Below, in pieces: positions 53,227 to 64,000 of a stretch of DNA of 64,000 nucleotides. Where the stretch lies: the NCBI RefSeq assembly GCF_009914755.1, contig NC_060930.1. One strand, 5' to 3'. A program made the translations under genes and the position numbers. Under the pieces are notes generated by a model. The model was not told where the DNA came from. It made no database searches and saw only the letters and a program-made list of their open reading frames with translations. Numbering within the stretch: position 1 is the first letter of the stretch; the number at the start of each line of letters is the position of its first letter. Origin of the DNA: the human T2T-CHM13v2.0 reference genome, Homo sapiens.

Positions 53227-56200
53227 TATCTGATACAAGATATACTCAATAGTACAAATTTGATTTAATCTCCATTTTTTTCCTATCTTGAGCTTACTTT
53301 TACCTGTAAGCTTATGGGGATAAAAAAAGTAAATTTAACTTCTCTGATTATGTTTTAATTTTCTAACCAATTTCTGATTGAGACTGGGTGTGGGGATGAG
53401 AGGCATGGTGGAGGGAATGTAAGGGAAGATAAAAAGAGATAAAAGGCAAGACAGATCTTGCTTAAACAGGTTTTACTACAAACTGCCTTTACATTCCTTT
53501 GTGTGCCAGGTGACTCTCTCTTCAGAGTCCTTCAGAGATTCCTTTGCTGGGGATTTCCATCTGATAGTTCCTTTGACTTTGGTGATTGAATCCCTTTTAG
53601 GTAGTCACTTTCAACTACTCCTTTAGCTTCTAGAAGTCTAATGTTCGCCTGTGGGTTGTTGCAATCAGAGTTCCTCACTCCCCCAGGTAACCTTATTCAG
53701 CAAAACCATGAATCATTCTTGTCCTCCTTATGCACACCCCAAACGTTGTCTACAGGAAAGATCCACACATCATTTGCCCTGAGAAAGATTGAATCTGGGG
53801 TTACAAACTCAGGCCACTATGATAGGCATCTCCAGACTGGTCACAAAAAAAGCTGCTGTCTTCACATTCAAAGTAGTAGGTTAGCCCATTTCTTATTATT
53901 CAGATTTCTGTATAAGTCAGCTTCTTGTCATCTTTGTCTCACACCTTCAAGAAACATACTTCAGAACCGTGAGTGGTCCCACTGCATTGCCAACCTAAAG
54001 AAAAGGAGGCACACCACTCTCCCCTTAGAAATTTACATTCTAAGACAGCTCTCTCTAAAAAGTCTCCCCAAAATACTTTCTCCTCTCATCAATCTGATCT
54101 ATTTTTGTAACTTAAATCTTGTAGAAAAAGCAACAAATAAGGAAACATGTTTGTTTGGTTTTTTTTTTGTCATTTGCTTTGTAAATTCTGCATGTAAAGC
54201 TTTCCTAATATTCACTTAACTGTCAGATATCTATTGGGTTTGTATTTTAGCCAACATTAAGGCACAAAAGAATCATCTCGTCTGGCATCCTGTTAATACT
54301 CACATAAGATATTATTATTAATATATAACAAATAATAATTATCTGATAATAACTATTTGATTATTTTTTTAAAATGAAATGCTTCAGGAAGTCACAAACT
54401 CATATTGAGTGACAATCCCAGGTTTGTGAGGATCAGATGCGCACTCTTGACACAATCAATCAGTTAGATTACCCACTTAGTTCACTTTCACTAACAACTG
54501 TCAGAGTTATAATCATTAATTTTAAAGTCTGTTTCTACAATTTTTATTTACACATTTGTTACTTTTAAGCCTATAATGGACTACTTGTTAAAACAGGAGG
54601 CACAAAACACAATGATATAGAAATATAACAAGGTAATAAGGAACCTTGAAACTGAGTAATTCTGCACACCCACCTAGATTTCTACCAAAGGTGTAAGTCG
54701 CCTTTTTCTGATAACATTTGTTTGACAATACATCAGAATGTCCTAGTAATTGAAAACTAATACAAAAGTGATAAACTACTTTTTGACATTTATTTCAAAT
54801 TTAAATTTTCATTAGTTGGGATTAAACTACTCCTTACATCAGACCTAAATTCAGGCAAATATTTACAAATAGCATCGTGGAACCTTCTTTCCTAGGCCAT
54901 TATTTGGAATAGAAGCTTCATAATACATAACATTAAATAATTTTAAATTATGAAACATAAAAGCTCTAAAATTTAATGTCTGCCTCTCTGTCACTTTTTT
55001 TTAAGATGAAGAAAATACTCATAATATTAAGATTCAGGTTTAGGTTTGTTTTTTATGCTTTGACCTCTGTAGCAGACCAAACTTCCAATCTAGTTCACCT
55101 TATTTCAATACTGGTTTCCCAGCAGAAGTCAGTCAGAGCTACCAAATGGAAGTTACCATTTTTCTTCATGATTATGCCCCTATAAATAGGAGGAATTGCT
55201 TGCTCAGATCTGCCATGTTTCTTAGCCTATTACAATCTAATGACATCTCAAATTAAATTCCTCTTATTTCTAAGAGTTAATGTATATTTCTAAGAGTTAA
55301 TAAGTTCCTCTTATTTCTAAGTTTGCCTTCAAAATTTTTAAGTTATAAGTATAAAATCTTTAGAGGAATTATAGATGACATAAAATATTGAATATTCTAA
55401 AATTATATTTTAAATAATAAAACCTACATGTATTGGTAATTAAAAACTTAGCATCAAATTTAGTAAGTAGATTTCTACGAAAATGGGCAGGTGTTCTTTG
55501 CAAATAGAAAGTTTCCTCCATGCTGTACCTCAAGAAAATTGTACACGTGAAGAAAATATTAAAGTTTTATAATTTTATCTCATTTTTCAAAATAAAATTC
55601 TATAATTAAATTCAACTCCCCAAACAAATTGTGCTTACCATCCTCGGAAAAGGAAAAGTATTCCATTAACTAAAGGTATATTGCAACAAAAGCCTAAGGC
55701 ATAAACATTATAACAACTAATGTAAAGTTTCATCTTATTTCCTTTTATATTGTAATTTAATAAAGAAGAGCAATGCACTTTGAAAGTGTTTTATTGTTTT
55801 GGTAATATTTACCTCTGTTTTATCTGATATATATTAACTTAATGGGCCTTTCATTTTGTTGTCATTTGTGAATGAAAAATAAGGTGACAAATAGAAGAAA
55901 AATGTTTTTGTTAGAATATACTTTAGACATAGTATGAAGTAGTGTATATATAAAGTCTCATGTAAATAACATAATGTAACATTTTGATTTATGTCTACAA
56001 TGTTTTTCTTTGTGACAGAAGCCACATGGTAGTTCAAAAAGGTAATAGAAGGCATCTGATGTAATACATCTAATATTTAAAGGAACACTTATAAATTCAA
56101 AACCCATTTAGACCATTGATAATATCTTATAAGGTATAAATTACAAATTCAATCTTTACAAGGAAAATAATATTCTTAAAAAATCATTTAGTTAGAACTA

Positions 56201-56349
56201 AGAGTACATACTTGTTTCTAGTTATAGAATAAAATCTTTTATTTATCAATTATTTGGGGTATATTTTTAAATGATCAGACTATGTGCTTTTATTCCCCTG
56301 CCTTACAGAATTAAACAAAGTATTAAGAATAAAAATATTGTATTAATTA

Positions 56350-56960
56350 ATTGGTATGTTTTCACATTTATTGAACCTCTCCTATGCTAAGTACTGTAAA
56401 GGCTTAGTACTTTTACTCAAGTGTCTAATAATGCAGTGAACAAATAGATGTAAAGCAATTGAAATATAATCTATCTAAAACAAACTACAAAGTGTATTTT
56501 AAGAACAGAAGGAATAATACCAGAATTTACCAGAATAGGCTAAAGAGAGGAATGGAATAAAATTGGGAAAGAAAATTTGGTGAAGAACTCAAAGATTAGC
56601 AAGAATTCTCACTGTAAGGAGGAAAGGGGAGGCAATTTAGAAAGAAAGGCCAACATTGAGTGGAGATGTGCATGGAAGGTCAGTGAAGTTAACTCACAAT
56701 ATGCTAAGAATTTGAGATTTCTATGAAGTAGATAATAGAAATTATTTGACACATTTTGACAGAGGATAGTTACATATTTAAATATGTTTGTATTTAATGT
56801 GTATGAAATTAGAATAGGAAAGCCAATTAGGAGGCCACTGCAGTAATTCATGGAAGAATTTATAGATATCTAAACTAGGGTTATGGTAAAGAGGCTGAAA
56901 TGGAGATAATAAGGATATAATTAATAGTTAAGAGGCTGAGAAGCTGTTTGGGGCAGAAAA
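56350..56960 (-). mobile_element. Degraded L2
   Basis: CATTTATTGAACCTCTCCTATGCTAAGTACTG...AGCCAATTAGGAGGCCACTGCAGTAATTCA. Confidence 0.65.
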
Positions 56961-57041
56961 GAGCTTCAGAGGTAAGAGTCACACCTGGTTTTTAAATAAC
57001 CAAATATTAGACATTTTTAAACACCTGAACAAGTTAAAAGG

Positions 57042-57125
57042 CTCTCTCTCTCTCTCCTTCTTCTTCTTTCTCTCTCTCCGTCTCAATCTCTCTCCCGTTC
57101 CCTCCCTCCCCCTTTCTTTTATCTC
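57042..57125 (+). repeat. CT-rich simple repeat
   Basis: (TC)n/(TTC)n/(TCCC)n polypyrimidine tract. Confidence 0.85.
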
Positions 57126-57577
57126 TTAATGTATACTTAAAAGTTATTGTATTAATATTTGAATTGTCTCAAATATATCTACAGTGAACACTAATGACTA
57201 ACAATTCCTTGCTTGGGTACAAGTCTGTGTCCTGAGCTCTAGAACATCTTACCCAACAGTCTACTTGGCATTTCCTACTTGTTTTCACATGGAACCCTGC
57301 TCCTTTTCCTGGCATAATTACTTACCAGATGTCATTGCTGGAAATTTTGATGTTAGCTTAATTCTTTTCTATTTCTCCTTAATATTTAACGTTAATTGTC
57401 ACATTCAGTAAATTTTATTTAATAAGGGTAGCTTTGATTTTTGAGCACCTATTAATTTTGAGGATCACACTGGGGTCTTTACGTTTATCATTATTATTGT
57501 TAATAATAAATGAGACACGTAAGGATACATGATAATAATGATAAGGATAAATGATAAGGAGCATCTTGGTCCTCTTC

Positions 57578-57767
57578 CTTTTTCTTTTCTTTCTTTTTTT
57601 CTTTTTCTTTTGAGGCAGTTTGAGTCAGGGTTTTGCTCTGTAACCAGTCTGGAGTACAGTGGCACAATCATGGCTTACTGCAGTCTTGAACTCCTGGGCT
57701 CAAGCCATCTTCCTGCCTCAGCCTCCTGAGTAGCTGGGACTACAAGGGTGCACCACCAGGCCTGGCT
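57578..57767 (-). mobile_element. Alu right monomer (FRAM/AluJ)
   Basis: CTGGAGTACAGTGGCACAATCATGGCTTACTGCAG...CTCCTGGGCTCAAG...GCTGGGACTACA; single arm with T-rich tail. Confidence 0.88.
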
Positions 57768-58020
57768 CTCCTGGTCTTCTAACTTCCACTGATAGGTCAT
57801 CTTCTCCAAAATGCATTACCCTTGTTCCTTCCTCTGCCAGAAGTAACACTACTGCCTGCTCCTTCACTAGTCCTTCAATGTTGTCTTACAACACTGTGCA
57901 TATTCTTAACATAACACATAGCATATAATATTCCAGTTACTTTTTATTTGCCTGTCTTTATCTCCTCAGAGTAAATGATTCTTAAGAATAAGAGTTTTTT
58001 TACATATATAATTAAATCTT

Positions 58021-61856
<3,836 letters not shown>

Positions 61857-62499
61857 ATATATAATTAAATCTTAATTGCCCAATATAGTGTCTGATACAA
61901 AAATAAGTGTTGGAAAACATCTAGTGAAAGAATGAATATGGGCCATAAAACAATGTATTGATATATGTATGACAAATTGCGAAAGAAGGATACACATTCT
62001 TTCCATCCATGTATTCATGTTTCCATTTTGTTGGGCTTCATAATTTTTCTCATCAAGAAGTATAATCTATTTATCAATTCCTTTCATCTGGGCTTGGCCC
62101 AACAACTTACCTTTCCTAATGCAATTATTAGCAAACAGGACTTAAGCAGAACATTGATAAGTGCTTATACATTTGTGCTTTCTCTGTCATCTAGCACTAA
62201 GTAATGAAAGTCCCCATTTTTTTTGTGAAATAGAAAGCTCAAGTGCTTCTCTGAGCAGAAGGGTCCTTGAAGTATATTTTTACTGAACTTTTTCCTCTTT
62301 CCAACTAGATAAAGCCAAAGGTCAGACAAGGGACCTAAGTTTAAACAGAATCTATCTCCAAGGGATTAAGAATTTGAAACAAATAGCAAAGAAATACAGA
62401 ACTAGTTATCTACTTTTTTCCAAGGGTGGAAGAAATGCGAAATACTTGTGTTCTTCTGTTGAGATATTCCTATGTTGGCCAATTCCCAAATCTTTTTAA

Positions 62500-62765
62500 A
62501 GTTTTCAATTTTTAATTTTTGTGGGTATATAGTAAGTATTTATATTTATGGGGTACATGCAATATTTTGATATAGGCATACAATATGTAATAATCACATC
62601 AAGGTAAATAGAGTATCCACAGCCTCATGCATTTATCCTTTCTTTGTGTCACTAATAATCCAATTATATACTGTTATTTTAAAATGCACAATAAATTATT
62701 GTTGGCTGTAATTACACTGTTATACTTTCAAATACTAGATCTTATTCATTCTAACTATACTTTTA
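62500..62765 (-). mobile_element. L1MA (L1MA1-3-like) 3' end
   Basis: TTTTTGTGGGTATATAGTAAG..TATTTATGGGGTACATG...AATAATCACATCAAGGTAAAT...CAAATACTAGATCTTATTCATTCT. Confidence 0.88.
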
Positions 62766-62769
62766 GTAG

Positions 62770-63435
62770 ATGCTAGAAAGTGAGAAATCCCCAGCAGAAA
62801 AAGGCTGAAATTATGCCTTCATGTACTCAGAAGTTAAGGAAAGAGTTTCACATTACTTGAGTGTAGAAAAATATTTGCTTGAGTCAGGGGAATGCAAGGA
62901 GATATGGCTCCATTAGGAAAAGAACAGTTGACAAAAGAGAAGAAACAGCTTTAAAGATCTGCAAGGCTTAGAGGCAGGAAACCACCCAGCTAAGGAAAAG
63001 CTGGCCAGGTCCAATCACCATCTTCTATCAACTCCTTCAACCTTTTTGGAGAGTGAAAAAATAGCCAGCTGGTCAAGGCAGAAGTTAACTGGGACAAAGT
63101 AGTGAGCAGGACTTGGCCCCAAGCAACTTCCCAGCTTGAAGAAGGTCTGAGATGCAAGAGTGTAGACGAATTAATAGTAGGACAAATTTGAAATTTTGTT
63201 TACTAAATGGGATTGAGTATTGTAATTACTGAATTGAGGATTGTTTTTAACTTTAAAGTAAACTCTCAGTTAGCCAAAGATGAGAAGAAAAGCCACTAAA
63301 TCTATCTCAGTTCTTATGTGGAATAAGATTATCCCAGTTGATTAAAATCTAAAGGAATGGCAAAAGGTAAAATTGTGTTAGGAAGAATTATATGCTGTTT
63401 GTTCAACACAACTTATCATTATGATTGTATAACTA
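62770..63435 (+). mobile_element. Ancient LTR (LTR78-like)
   Basis: GGATTGAGTATTGTAATTACTGAATTGAGGATTG motif resembles old LTR78/MamGyp LTRs; weak. Confidence 0.35.
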
Positions 63436-63630
63436 TAGCTTTTCCTCCAAAATGGAATAATTTTTCCCCCTTAAGAATGCTTGGTAATTGTATGTCTTGG
63501 TAATTGTATAAGTCTTTGTAATTGCATAATTTTGTTTAATAGTAAAACATTTGTGTTATACATTTCTCTCTGAGTACTATAATGAAAAAATGAAAGTAAA
63601 CCACGAGCTTCTCCAATAAATAGATAACAT

Positions 63631-64000
63631 TGTATGCTTGTCATTTGCCTACTTACTAACACATCCACTTCCTTCACCTTCTTGCCCTGCTTCTTCTCTC
63701 AGGAAGCTAACCCAGCAAAAGAAGTATCCCAGGTTCCTTAACTATTTAGATGCTGGGTACAGTTGGCCAATGAGAGGCCTGGTGGAAGACTATAGAGTGA
63801 AAAGAAGGCAGCAACCAGGTTATTTCACCCCCTTTCTCCTTGAATCTGATAGGGGCAGAGTAACCAGCGGAAGCCAAGTCCCCTCCCTGGCTTGAGCTTT
63901 TACTGCATAGGCCCTTTCTACAGTCCCGGTTCCTACTGTTCTATCCCCCTCTGTCATCCCAAACTTTGATAATGCCAAGTTTTCCATTTGGATTGCCTCA
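63631..64000 (+). mobile_element. LTR33/LTR16-like ERVL LTR, runs off the window end
   Basis: TTGCCCTGCTTC...CAGGAAGCTAACCC...GTTGGCCAATGAGAGGC...TATTTCACCCCC. Confidence 0.65.

Overview
This is AT-rich, repeat-dense primate (human-like) genomic DNA, intronic or intergenic, with no CpG island and no recognisable host exon, tRNA, rRNA or CRISPR array. It holds about ten Alu/FLAM/FRAM copies, a 3.8-kb 5'-truncated L1PA with a perfect 17-bp TSD, older L1M/HAL1, L2 and MIR fragments, MaLR/ERVL/ERV1 solo LTRs and DNA-transposon MITEs (MER44A, MER53, Tigger3b, MER5). The most structured object is a ~4.95-kb two-LTR ERV1 provirus on the minus strand (18234-23185, HUERS-P3/LTR9/MER61-like). It keeps a tRNA-Pro-type PBS, leader splice sites, a decayed gag, the env 3' tip and a PPT, but lacks pro, pol and most of env. 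Most supplied ORFs are repeat by-products or chance. I found no convincing new protein-coding system. The best leads are the gag-only provirus, a twin-primed L1 micro-inversion, several templated-insertion scars (one copied from 1.5 kb away), a miR-1302-like MER53 hairpin and a few strong TF motifs. Repeat subfamily names come from remembered consensus sequences and need RepeatMasker/Dfam confirmation; boundaries of old repeats are approximate.
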